Notes: a model not told the origin generated them from the sequence alone. Positions 1-6,950 are shown, counted from the stretch's first letter. The stretch is DNA of 16,956 bases from Okeania sp. (GCF_035285525.1 NZ_JAYKGW010000029.1:1-16956); one strand, 5' to 3'. Numbers and translations are program-made.

Positions 1-127
1 AAGCACCCCGGCAGAGGAGGTGAGTCATCAAAATTGGCAATAGTTGCTTACAGAAAAAGTCGTTTATACATTTCCTGAAGCACCCCGGCAGAGGAGGTGA
101 GTCATCAAAATTGGCAATAGTTGCTTA
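1..127. repeat. Two perfect 50-bp direct repeats (1-50 and 78-127) separated by a 27-bp spacer; the first copy abuts the window edge
   Basis: AAGCACCCCGGCAGAGGAGGTGAGTCATCAAAATTGGCAATAGTTGCTTA read identically at both positions. The array may continue to the left of the window. Confidence 0.9.
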
Positions 128-381
128 TTCCCAATTCCCTGTCTTCACTAATAGACTTTTTCAGCAAGCCCTCATTAGGGTTTGCTAAATAAATATAAAA
201 GCTTTGATGGGTAAAGATTTTAGCCTTATTGTGGTCGAAAAAAGTACCAGATTTTAAGTTCTTCATGTACGGTTCCCAAAAAAATCAAAAAGCTAGGATT
301 TTGGATAGACAAGCACAGAAAAATCAAGGTGAAACTATTCCCCCTACTTTCTCTCTCTTCCCACACTCCCCACCCTTCTTT

Positions 382-409
382 AGAAGTCAGAAGTCAGAAG
401 TCAGAAGTG
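382..409. repeat. Heptamer tandem repeat AGAAGTC x3 plus AGAAGTG, embedded in a pyrimidine-rich block (CCCACACTCCCCA-type motifs, about 330-470)
   Basis: Direct reading: agaagtc agaagtc agaagtc agaagtg. This is STRR-like short tandem repeat organisation typical of heterocystous cyanobacteria. Confidence 0.85.
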
Positions 410-487
410 ATATTCCCCACACTCCCCATCCTTCCCACACTCCTCACCCTTCTTACACTATGCTTTTTTCAGCAAGCCCTAATTACC

Positions 488-1486
488 TCATTCTTTACTC
501 TCTTTTTGACAAAGATAAACTCCTTCTTCTTGATTAGCAGCTTCCCAATAATTCAATATATTTATGCCATAACTACTGAGAATTTCTTTTAGCTTTGCAG
601 TTGTATAACGGTAGGAAAAAAACAACCCAATTTTCTCCCCACTTTTCCACTCTATTAACTGTTCATCTAATTTAAAACTAATATCATTATTCAATTCAAA
701 ATTAGCATTAACTCTTTTCAAATTAGGATTTTGCTCATCATCTTTAATTCCAAACTTGATCTTCCCATTTTCCCGATTAACTCCTACATCTTCCAAAACA
801 GTAATTAACCAATCTTTAGTTAGTTCATTGTCATATTGTGGCATAATTTTTTCAATACCTTGAACATAATCAGAACCAGGTGATAAATTTCCACTTAATA
901 GCAATAAATCTCCTTCAGTCAAAAAGTTATTTAAAATAGGAAAAATCTGCTGAGGAGGAAAATTAGGAATCATGCCAAAAAATGTAATAATTCTGATTTC
1001 TTGCTCATTCTTTTTGTGAATTTGAAGCATTAGATCGTCAGCATGAAGCAAATCGCAAACAATTGGTTGTACACATAATTCAGGAAAAGAACTCCTAGCT
1101 TTTTGAGCAGAAATTATTGCCAAAGATAAACTAACATCTAGAGGATAATAAACTAAATCTGGTTGTTGATTAGATAAGTGTGACAATAACAAACTGTCTT
1201 TAGTTCCACCACCAGAACCTAATCCAATTAACTGTAAATTCCTAGATTTATCTAAAATTTCGGCGGTTTTTTGGAAACATTTTTCATAAGCATCAACACA
1301 GTCTTCATTAGTTCTAGAAGGAGAATATTCTTGGTGAATTTTTAACCATTTTTGACTTTGTTTGACACTATCATAATGAAATTTATGATTAATTTGCTTT
1401 CCAGAAAAACTGACTAAATAATCTTGATAAACTCGATCGGGAAATTGACTAGGATGTACTAATACTTGTTCAAAGATTGCCGACAT
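488..1486 (-). CDS. SAM-dependent methyltransferase, EgtD-like (histidine N-alpha-methyltransferase family, Methyltransf_33-like), divergent
   Basis: 332-aa ORF with ATG start. Segments align by eye to EgtD landmarks: LIGLGSGGGTKDSLLL (SAM-binding G-loop, cf. ELGSGTSEKTRMLL), YYPLDVS, ITFFGMIPNFPP, LTEGDLLLLSGNL, FFSYRYT near the C-terminus. Length matches EgtD (about 320 aa). Confidence 0.6.
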   Translation of the reverse strand: MSAIFEQVLVHPSQFPDRVYQDYLVSFSGKQINHKFHYDSVKQSQKWLKIHQEYSPSRTNEDCVDAYEKCFQKTAEILDKSRNLQLIGLGSGGGTKDSLLLSHLSNQQPDLVYYPLDVSLSLAIISAQKARSSFPELCVQPIVCDLLHADDLMLQIHKKNEQEIRIITFFGMIPNFPPQQIFPILNNFLTEGDLLLLSGNLSPGSDYVQGIEKIMPQYDNELTKDWLITVLEDVGVNRENGKIKFGIKDDEQNPNLKRVNANFELNNDISFKLDEQLIEWKSGEKIGLFFSYRYTTAKLKEILSSYGINILNYWEAANQEEGVYLCQKESKE

Positions 1487-1796
1487 AAATAATTATAAAT
1501 AATTCGATTTAAAATGCCTAAATAGCTGAAGTTAAAAGTTTTTTTATTAATAAAAAAAGCTTTTTAGCCAGCATTTTCTAGGAAATACTAAGAGCTAGTA
1601 GCTAAATGTTCAAATAAGTAGGTTGGCACGAATCAACGTCACTATCTAACAAAATACTAAAGCAGTTAAAACCACTGAGATTGCTTCCTTCCACGATGTT
1701 ACCGATCGCTGCGGACGTACTTCTAAATTTTTTCACCTACCTAACCTACTTAATACTAATTTTTAGTAGTAGTTATTATATAATCAGAAATTAAGT

Positions 1797-1853
1797 AAAG
1801 AAACCCGGTTTCTCCTAGAAACCGGGTTTCTGGGTTCCCGTGGCTTTAGTCCT
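1797..1853. repeat. Dispersed hairpin repeat, copy 1 (GAAACCCGGTTTCT / AGAAACCGGGTTTC stem followed by GGGTTCCCGTGGCTTTAGTCCT)
   Basis: Near-perfect 14-bp inverted repeat with a short loop. Homologous copies lie at 8386-8462 and 15961-16018. Confidence 0.85.
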
Positions 1854-1973
1854 AATAATATAAAAATTATGATACTTACAACCAACAAAATTATATTTTG
1901 TCAAGTTCAAAAAGTGAAGAATTACAGTGCTTTTCACTCTCGATGAACCATCAGCTCCATAACCAAAATCCAT

Positions 1974-2009
1974 TAGGGACGTTGTATAACAAAAATGCTA
2001 AAGTCCCTA
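1974..2009. repeat. TAGGGAC...GTCCCTA hairpin repeat, copy 1 (7-bp stem, 22-nt loop)
   Basis: tagggac (1974-1980) pairs with gtcccta (2003-2009). The same stem sequence recurs at 5721-5749 and 7148-7173. Confidence 0.7.
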
Positions 2010-2049
2010 CTGTGGTTGACCGACATGAAAACCGCTGTCAAAAAACTAA

Positions 2050-2301
2050 TTATAGACTAGAATCATCCCCAGAATTTTCACCAATACCCAAATTTTCCTT
2101 AGACTTTTTCAACTTTTGCCAAAGCTCTTTAACTTGCTCGTAAGCTTCTGCTGCAGTAATTTTCCCACCAGTTTCTAATCCACAAATGAAACTAACTCGT
2201 TGAGCAAATTCCTGTAAGTTAGCATTAAATACTAAATTTTCTGGAGTAAAATCACCGCGATAGCGACTGCGAGGATAGAGAAAATCATCATTAATTGCCA
2301 T
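2050..2301 (-). CDS. Small conserved hypothetical protein (83 aa)
   Basis: ATG-initiated ORF with non-repetitive, protein-like composition (MAINDDFLYPRSRYRGDFTPENLVFNANLQEFAQRVSFICGLETGGKITAAEAYEQVKELWQKLKK). No recognisable catalytic motif. I believe similar small proteins are conserved in cyanobacteria but cannot name a family. Confidence 0.55.
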   Translation of the reverse strand: MAINDDFLYPRSRYRGDFTPENLVFNANLQEFAQRVSFICGLETGGKITAAEAYEQVKELWQKLKKSKENLGIGENSGDDSSL

Positions 2302-2364
2302 TTTTTTCTCCTTTATTAGAATACTGAAAAATAGGGATTATCTACAGTATAGAATCTAAAAAAA

Positions 2365-2449
2365 CGGAGAGGGTGGGATTCGAACCCACGGAGGTTTGAC
2401 CCTCACTCGATTTCAAGTCGAGCGCATTCGACCACTCTGCCACCTCTCC
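2365..2449 (-). tRNA. tRNA-Ser (anticodon UGA), class II with long variable arm
   Basis: The reverse complement reads GGAGAGGTGGCAGAGTGGTCGAATGCGCTCGACTTGAAATCGAGTGAGGGTCAAACCTCCGTGGGTTCGAATCCCACCCTCTCCG. It has a 7-bp acceptor stem, an anticodon stem CTCGA/TCGAG with loop CTTGAAA, a long extra arm, a GGTTCGAATCC T-loop and discriminator G. CCA is not encoded. A T7 run follows the 3' end. Confidence 0.92.
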
Positions 2450-2454
2450 CTAAT

Positions 2455-2475
2455 AAGTCAAAAGTCAAAAGTGAT
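2455..2475. repeat. Heptamer repeat AAGTCAA AAGTCAA AAGTGAT
   Basis: Direct reading. It is related to the AGAAGTC array at 382-409, and both end in AAGTGAT. Confidence 0.75.
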
Positions 2476-2539
2476 TTTGGAGTTTTGACCAAACAAGCTG
2501 GGACGCTTATAATGCTTTGACGACTACATATCTTAGCAC

Positions 2540-3463
2540 CTATATTGACTCAACAGCAAGTTTTTTTTGGGAATATAACAATTCTTCAGAAATTATTTGT
2601 AAATCTTGGTCTACCCAAACTAAGGCCACTTGAGAAATAAACCCTCCTTGCATGGAAACAATAGAAAAATTACGTTTTTTCTGGTTTTCTGTTTCTATAA
2701 TTCGTGGTACTCTGGCTGCATTAAAATATAAAGTCCCTTCACTGTCCATATCTACACATTTACGCAACCGCTCTTTAGTATGTCGCAAATTATGGTGCAT
2801 GTGACCGAAAGTAACTAGAGAAATTTTCTTGCCTAATTTACGAGATTGTGTTATGGCGTTGGTAAAGTCTGGATCGCCAAAATCTCCCCCTATAGGTTGC
2901 CAGTCTTTTCCTACTGGGTCTTCGGGAGCATCTCCTAAACCAGTTGGTCCATTATGACCAAGAAAAATCACATTTTCATATTTCCCATTTTGGACAGCTT
3001 TGACTATTAAATTAGTAGATTCCTCAAAATTATTGACTCCAAACCGTTCCCGATAGAAATCGGCATATCTCCATTCTGGACCGCCCCAAGTAAAAGGACG
3101 AGTCCCGACTACTGTTAAAGCTAATTCTGGGAAGTCTAAACTACTATAACCCACATGAGCCTCCCCAAATAAGTCTATTTGTTGTTGGACTCTATCTTCT
3201 GTTGTTTGGTCATAAGGACATTTTTTTCTGCCCCATTCTGTGGCTGTATACCAAGCATCGTGATTACCAAAGACTGCTGCTTTTGGAATGTCAACGGCAG
3301 CGATCGCTCGAACTACTTCTACTGCTTCATTACCAAAATCTCCCACAAATAATACTAAATCAATTTCTAGATGTTTGAGGGCTATTTCATCTTCTAATTC
3401 CCATTTATTATGAACGTCTCCAATAACGGCTATTTTGATTAATTTATTTTGATTATTGGTCAT
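2540..3463 (-). CDS. Calcineurin-like metallophosphoesterase
   Basis: The full set of metallophosphoesterase motifs is present in order: GDVH, GDFG, GNHD, GHNGP, GHMH. I place the start at the ATG (MTNNQNKLIKIAVIGDVH). The ORF-track start at 3484 is a TTG seven codons upstream and is an alternative. Confidence 0.85.
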   Translation of the reverse strand: MTNNQNKLIKIAVIGDVHNKWELEDEIALKHLEIDLVLFVGDFGNEAVEVVRAIAAVDIPKAAVFGNHDAWYTATEWGRKKCPYDQTTEDRVQQQIDLFGEAHVGYSSLDFPELALTVVGTRPFTWGGPEWRYADFYRERFGVNNFEESTNLIVKAVQNGKYENVIFLGHNGPTGLGDAPEDPVGKDWQPIGGDFGDPDFTNAITQSRKLGKKISLVTFGHMHHNLRHTKERLRKCVDMDSEGTLYFNAARVPRIIETENQKKRNFSIVSMQGGFISQVALVWVDQDLQIISEELLYSQKKLAVESI

Positions 3464-3597
3464 TTTAACTATTTTTTTCCTCAAGTTATTTTCTACTTAT
3501 TTATTAATAGTTACAACTATAGTAATTAGGAATAATTTGTGATCAAAAACTGTAGGGGTTTGGTCTCCAAACCCAAGTCCCAAGGTATTTAGATGCT

Positions 3598-3642
3598 AAA
3601 CCCCGTTAGATAAAATCTTACAATCTATTTAGGATTCCTATA
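3598..3642 (+). repeat. Left arm of an inverted repeat that brackets the 4075-4680 gene (AAACCCCG...ATAAAATCTTACAATCTATTTAGGATTCCTATA)
   Basis: The reverse complement of 4795-4840 reads AAAACCCCGC...ATAAATCTTACAAGCTATTTAAGATTACTATA. About 28 of 32 positions match in the core by hand alignment, with one 1-nt indel. Confidence 0.7.
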
Positions 3643-3655
3643 TAACAATTTTCAT

Positions 3656-4073
3656 ACTATATCATTAGGTAATAAACATTCAGTTATTAGCAGTCAACTC
3701 TTTTTAGGGAATGATGCCTCAACAGCTTTTTCATAAAGAAAATAACCATTAATTTAACTTTGGCTAAATTTGAACTAATTCTGGCAAATCTCTGAATTTC
3801 TTTTTTATGTCAAGGTAAAATAGATGTTAACTGAATGCTCAAAACTAATAGCTAGTTCAACTATATCATTAGGTAATAAACATTCAGTTATTAGCAGTCA
3901 GCTCTTTTTAGGGAATGATGCCTCAACAGCTTTTTCATAAAGAAAATAACCATTAATTTAACTTTGGCTAAATTTCAACTAATTCTGGCAAATCTCTGAA
4001 TTTATTTTTTCTGTCAAGGTAAAATAGCTGTTAACTGAATAATAAAAGCTAATAGCTAATTAAACTATATCAT
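3656..4073 (+). repeat. Tandem duplication of a 204-bp unit (3656-3859, 3860-4063), plus the first 10 nt of a third unit ending 1 nt before the ATG at 4075
   Basis: Hand alignment of the two units gives 11 substitutions and no indels. Five fall in the first ~165 nt and six in the last ~30 nt. Each unit contains CAGTTATTAGCAGT heptamer-like motifs and a TGTCAAGGTAAAATAG motif. Confidence 0.92.
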
Positions 4074-4074
4074 A

Positions 4075-4680
4075 ATGAATAATCAACAACTAATTATTTT
4101 TACTCGTTATCCAGAACCAGGAACCACAAAAACACGATTAATACCTGCTTTGGGAGCTAAAGGTGCAGCAAATTTACAAGTTCAGATGACTGAAGCAACT
4201 ATTAAAAAAGCTAATAACTTATCTAATATTATTTCATTATTGGTGGAAGTTAGATTTGTTGGGGGCAATTTAGAATTAATGAAAAACTGGTTAGGAGATG
4301 ATTTAAAATATCAAGAACAAGGTACAGGTGATTTGGGTGAACGTATCATCAAAGCTTTTAAATTTGCTTTTGATCGGGATATAAAATCTGTAGTAGTTAT
4401 TGGTACAGATTGTCCTAGTTTAACTGTTAATATTATGTTAGAAGCTTTTACTAAATTAACTGAATCTGATTTAGTAGTTGGTCCGGCAACTGATGGTGGT
4501 TACTATTTAATTGGTCTAAAAAAAATTATTCCACAATTGTTTCAAGGAATTAATTGGGGAACTTCTGAAGTATTGACAAAAACTGTGGTGATCGCTCAAA
4601 ATCTGAATTTAACTATTGACTATTTACCAGAACTTTCTGATATTGATCGCCCAGAAGACTTGGAAAAATTAGAGTTTTAA
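4075..4680 (+). CDS. DUF2064-type nucleotidyl/glycosyl-transferase-like protein (TIGR04282-like, the rSAM/selenodomain-associated transferase 1 class, named arsenosugar biosynthesis glycosyltransferase in current NCBI nomenclature)
   Basis: 201-aa ORF. The N-terminal signature IIFTRYPEPGTTKTRLIPALG is typical of DUF2064, as are VVIGTDCP and GPATDGGYYLIG. The assignment is from memory of the family signature. Confidence 0.75.
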   Translation: MNNQQLIIFTRYPEPGTTKTRLIPALGAKGAANLQVQMTEATIKKANNLSNIISLLVEVRFVGGNLELMKNWLGDDLKYQEQGTGDLGERIIKAFKFAFDRDIKSVVVIGTDCPSLTVNIMLEAFTKLTESDLVVGPATDGGYYLIGLKKIIPQLFQGINWGTSEVLTKTVVIAQNLNLTIDYLPELSDIDRPEDLEKLEF

Positions 4681-4794
4681 ATTAATCAATACATATCTAA
4701 TTTTCATCTAATTTTAAATTAGATTTGATGCAATAATAAAAAGTATAAATTGTGAACTGTTTAGCTATTAATGGATAACTCGTAATTAAGTAGG

Positions 4795-4840
4795 TATAGT
4801 AATCTTAAATAGCTTGTAAGATTTATAAATGCGGGGTTTT
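4795..4840 (-). repeat. Right arm of the inverted repeat bracketing the 4075-4680 gene
   Basis: See 3598-3642. It is followed by a GGGTTT-N7-AAACCC hairpin (4834-4852), which parallels the GGGTTTGG-TCT-CCAAACCC hairpin at 3556-3574. Confidence 0.7.
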
Positions 4841-4879
4841 GTCTCTAAACCCTCCCATAAATAGGATTCTTCTATTCAA

Positions 4880-5566
4880 ATGAGCAGTATTTCGATTATT
4901 ATTCCGGTGTTAAATGAAGTTAGTACAATTTCCCAAACTATTTCTACAGCTCAAACAGGAAAAAATGTAGAAATAATTGTGGTTGATGGTGGCAGTAATG
5001 ATGGTACTCCCGAACTTGTTAAATCTTTAGATGTTAAACTTATTTCTTCTCTTTCTGGTCGTAGTATTCAAATGAATTTAGGAGCAAATTTAGCAACAGG
5101 AAACATTCTTTTGTTTCTGCATGGAGATACTTTTTTACCTTTAAATTTTGACGAATTATTAAGGGAAATTATCGCTAAACCTAATATTATTGCAGGTGCA
5201 TTTGAGTTGGGTATTAGAAGTAGAAAAAGAAGTCTAAAAATTGTTGAGAAAATGGTAAACAGCCGTTCGCATTTTTGCCAAATGCCCTATGGAGACCAAG
5301 GTATTTTTCTCTCAGCTAAAGTATTTGCAGAAGTTGGTGGTTTTCCAGAAATTCCAATTATGGAAGATTTTGAATTAATTAGAAATTTAAAGAAAAAAGG
5401 GCGAATTGAAATTGTTTCTAAAGCAGTTTTAACTTCTGATCGTCGATGGCAAAAATTGGGGATACTTAAAACTACTTTAATTAATCAAATTGTAATTATT
5501 GGTTACTTACTTGGGGTGTCTCCAAAAAGGTTAGCAAAATTGTATCGTAGTCACCTTTGTCAGTGA
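4880..5566 (+). CDS. Family 2 glycosyltransferase (TIGR04283-like, rSAM/selenodomain-associated transferase 2 class)
   Basis: 228-aa ORF. GT2 N-terminal signature ISIIIPVLNE, then VVDGGSNDGT, LHGDT (DxD-like region) and a C-terminal ED motif (MEDFELI). It lies directly downstream of the DUF2064 gene, the pairing I recall for the TIGR04282/TIGR04283 pair. Confidence 0.78.
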   Translation: MSSISIIIPVLNEVSTISQTISTAQTGKNVEIIVVDGGSNDGTPELVKSLDVKLISSLSGRSIQMNLGANLATGNILLFLHGDTFLPLNFDELLREIIAKPNIIAGAFELGIRSRKRSLKIVEKMVNSRSHFCQMPYGDQGIFLSAKVFAEVGGFPEIPIMEDFELIRNLKKKGRIEIVSKAVLTSDRRWQKLGILKTTLINQIVIIGYLLGVSPKRLAKLYRSHLCQ

Positions 5567-5720
5567 AAAGTTATCAGTTTTTAGTTTTTAATTGCCAAAA
5601 ATATAAATAGGGTTTGCTTATGGAAAGTCTTTTTGTGCAGTTAGGGAGTAGGGGTAAACCCACCCCTAGCCCCTCCCAGGAGGGGAACAGGAAGTTAGAA
5701 GAAATCAGAATTATAGAGGA

Positions 5721-5749
5721 GTAGGGACTCCCTGATGCAACGTCCCTAC
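5721..5749. repeat. GTAGGGAC...GTCCCTAC hairpin repeat, copy 2 (8-bp stem, 13-nt loop)
   Basis: gtagggac (5721-5728) pairs with gtccctac (5742-5749). It is preceded by a CCCCTAGCCCCTCCCAGGAGGGGAA G/C-rich palindromic motif (about 5663-5690). Confidence 0.75.
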
Positions 5750-6057
5750 AGAAGAATTTTAATTTTTCTGTCAAGGGTGAGGTACTTTTTCCCGACCTAA
5801 AGTTGCGAAAACCATTAGTATGTCAGTGCTTTCAGATTTAATCAACCAGCCCTACATATCTATATCTATAGCTATAGCTTCGGAAACTACTGTATTTAAT
5901 TTGTCCCTTCCCTCCATACCTGTTCCCTCCATACCTTAAGATTAATTTTTCTAAAGTTGAAGACCTATTTTGAGATATAAGATGCAGCTACCTCCTAAAA
6001 TATGACCTTAATATCTTCTAAAGATTTTTCAACTCCAAATCAGAGGAAAGAATAAAA

Positions 6058-6540
6058 ATGACAGAAGCAACAGATTCAGGATTCGTTCAACCCTATAAAG
6101 GAGACCCTTTCGTAGGTCATTTATCCACCCCTATCAGTGATTCTGACTTTACCAGAGCATTTATCGGTAATTTGCCCATCTACCGTAATGGTCTATCTCC
6201 AATTCTACGAGGTCTAGAAGTAGGTATGGCCCACGGTTACTTTATTGTTGGTCCTTGGACAAAGCTTGGTCCATTACGGGATTCTGATTTTGCTAGCTTA
6301 GGTGGACTAATTTCCGCGATCGCTCTAGTTTTAATTGCTACTATTTGTTTATCTGCTTATGGCCTAGTTTCCTTCCAAGGAGAAAGTGCTGAAGGAGCAG
6401 ACCCGTTAAAGACATCTGAAGGTTGGAGTCAATTTACTGGTGGTTTCTTCATGGGTGCAATGGGTGGTGCCGTTGTTGCTTTCTTCCTATTAGAAAACTT
6501 TAGCCTTGTAGACTCAATTTTCCGAGGTTTGTTTAATTAA
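6058..6540 (+). CDS. psaL: Photosystem I reaction centre subunit XI (PsaL)
   Basis: Hallmark PsaL sequence: VQPYKGDPFVGHLSTPISDS...FIGNLPIYRNGLSPILRGLEVGMAHGYFIVGPW, followed by two or three hydrophobic helices. A purine-rich RBS (GAGGAAAGAATAAAA) precedes the ATG. Confidence 0.96.
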   Translation: MTEATDSGFVQPYKGDPFVGHLSTPISDSDFTRAFIGNLPIYRNGLSPILRGLEVGMAHGYFIVGPWTKLGPLRDSDFASLGGLISAIALVLIATICLSAYGLVSFQGESAEGADPLKTSEGWSQFTGGFFMGAMGGAVVAFFLLENFSLVDSIFRGLFN

Positions 6541-6587
6541 CTAAATACCTCTTTTCAGTTAGCAGTTAACAGCTATCGGTGTATCTG

Positions 6588-6627
6588 ACTGAAGCTAGAG
6601 ACTGGCAAGACTGAAGTTGACTTTTTT
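6588..6627 (+). repeat. Local repeat ACTGAAGCTAGAGACTGGCAAGACTGAAGTTGACTTTTTT, copy 1 (between psaL and psaI)
   Basis: The same roughly 33-40 nt sequence recurs at 6921-6950 and 7101-7140. Confidence 0.85.
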
Positions 6628-6663
6628 GATCTTTTAAATTATGTAATTGAAGGAGAATTTGAA

Positions 6664-6780
6664 ATGACTGGTGATTACGCAGCATCTTACTTACCTTGGA
6701 TTTTAATTCCTGTAGTTACTTGGTTAATGCCTATTGTAGTTATGGGTTTATTATTCATCCATATCGAAAGCGAAGCTTAA
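6664..6780 (+). CDS. psaI: Photosystem I subunit VIII (PsaI), 38 aa; absent from the supplied ORF track because of its size
   Basis: My own translation is [38 protein letters not shown]. It closely matches the known PsaI consensus (..YAAS.LPWI.IP...WL.P.V.MGLLF..IE.E). AAGGAG lies 8 nt upstream of the ATG. Confidence 0.9.
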   Translation: MTGDYAASYLPWILIPVVTWLMPIVVMGLLFIHIESEA

Positions 6781-6782
6781 TT

Positions 6783-6817
6783 CAGTTAACAGTTAGTTAT
6801 CAGTTATCAGTAAATAC
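6783..6817. repeat. STRR-like heptamer tract (CAGTTAA CAGTTAG TTAT CAGTTAT CAGTAAA)
   Basis: Direct reading. The same CAGTTAW heptamer occurs at 6951-6978, in reverse complement at 16247-16267, and as single or double units at about 3676, 6556, 7199, 7349 and 8654. Confidence 0.8.
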
Positions 6818-6920
6818 ACAGCGCTTTCTGTTGTGATGAGGTAAACTTTTGTGGGCAAGATTCCCGCACTACAATATTTGAACTATTTACCCCGTACATC
6901 ATTTGCTCAAAATATGCTGT

Positions 6921-6950
6921 AACTGGAGCTAGAGACTGGAAAGACTAAAT
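6921..6950 (+). repeat. Local repeat AACTGGAGCTAGAGACTGGAAAGACTAAATCAG, copy 2 (3' part diverged)
   Basis: Aligned by eye with 6588-6627 and 7101-7140. Confidence 0.75.

Noticed and set aside
1-127. Possible CRISPR array (regular 77-bp period)
   Set aside because: Only two units are visible. The 50 bp of shared sequence is too long for a CRISPR repeat and the 27-bp spacer too short. There are no cas genes in the window. Treated as a plain direct repeat.
229-592. ORF-track entries 229-537 (+) and 329-592 (+)
   Set aside because: Both run through heptamer and pyrimidine-rich low-complexity repeats and overlap the 3' end of the well-supported minus-strand methyltransferase gene. The translations are repetitive (HTPHPS...).
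1898-2143. 81-aa + strand ORF
   Set aside because: It has a non-ATG start, crosses a hairpin repeat and overlaps the better-supported minus-strand 83-aa ORF in antisense. No recognisable motifs.
5574-5774. 66-aa minus-strand ORF
   Set aside because: It consists of the G/C-rich palindromic repeat (CCCCTAGCCCCTCCCAGGAGGGG) and the GTAGGGAC hairpin. It is an artefact of repeats.
6541-6663. Intrinsic terminator between psaL and psaI
   Set aside because: There is no stable GC-rich stem followed directly by a U-tract. The T-run at 6622-6627 follows a non-palindromic repeat. The two genes are more likely cotranscribed.
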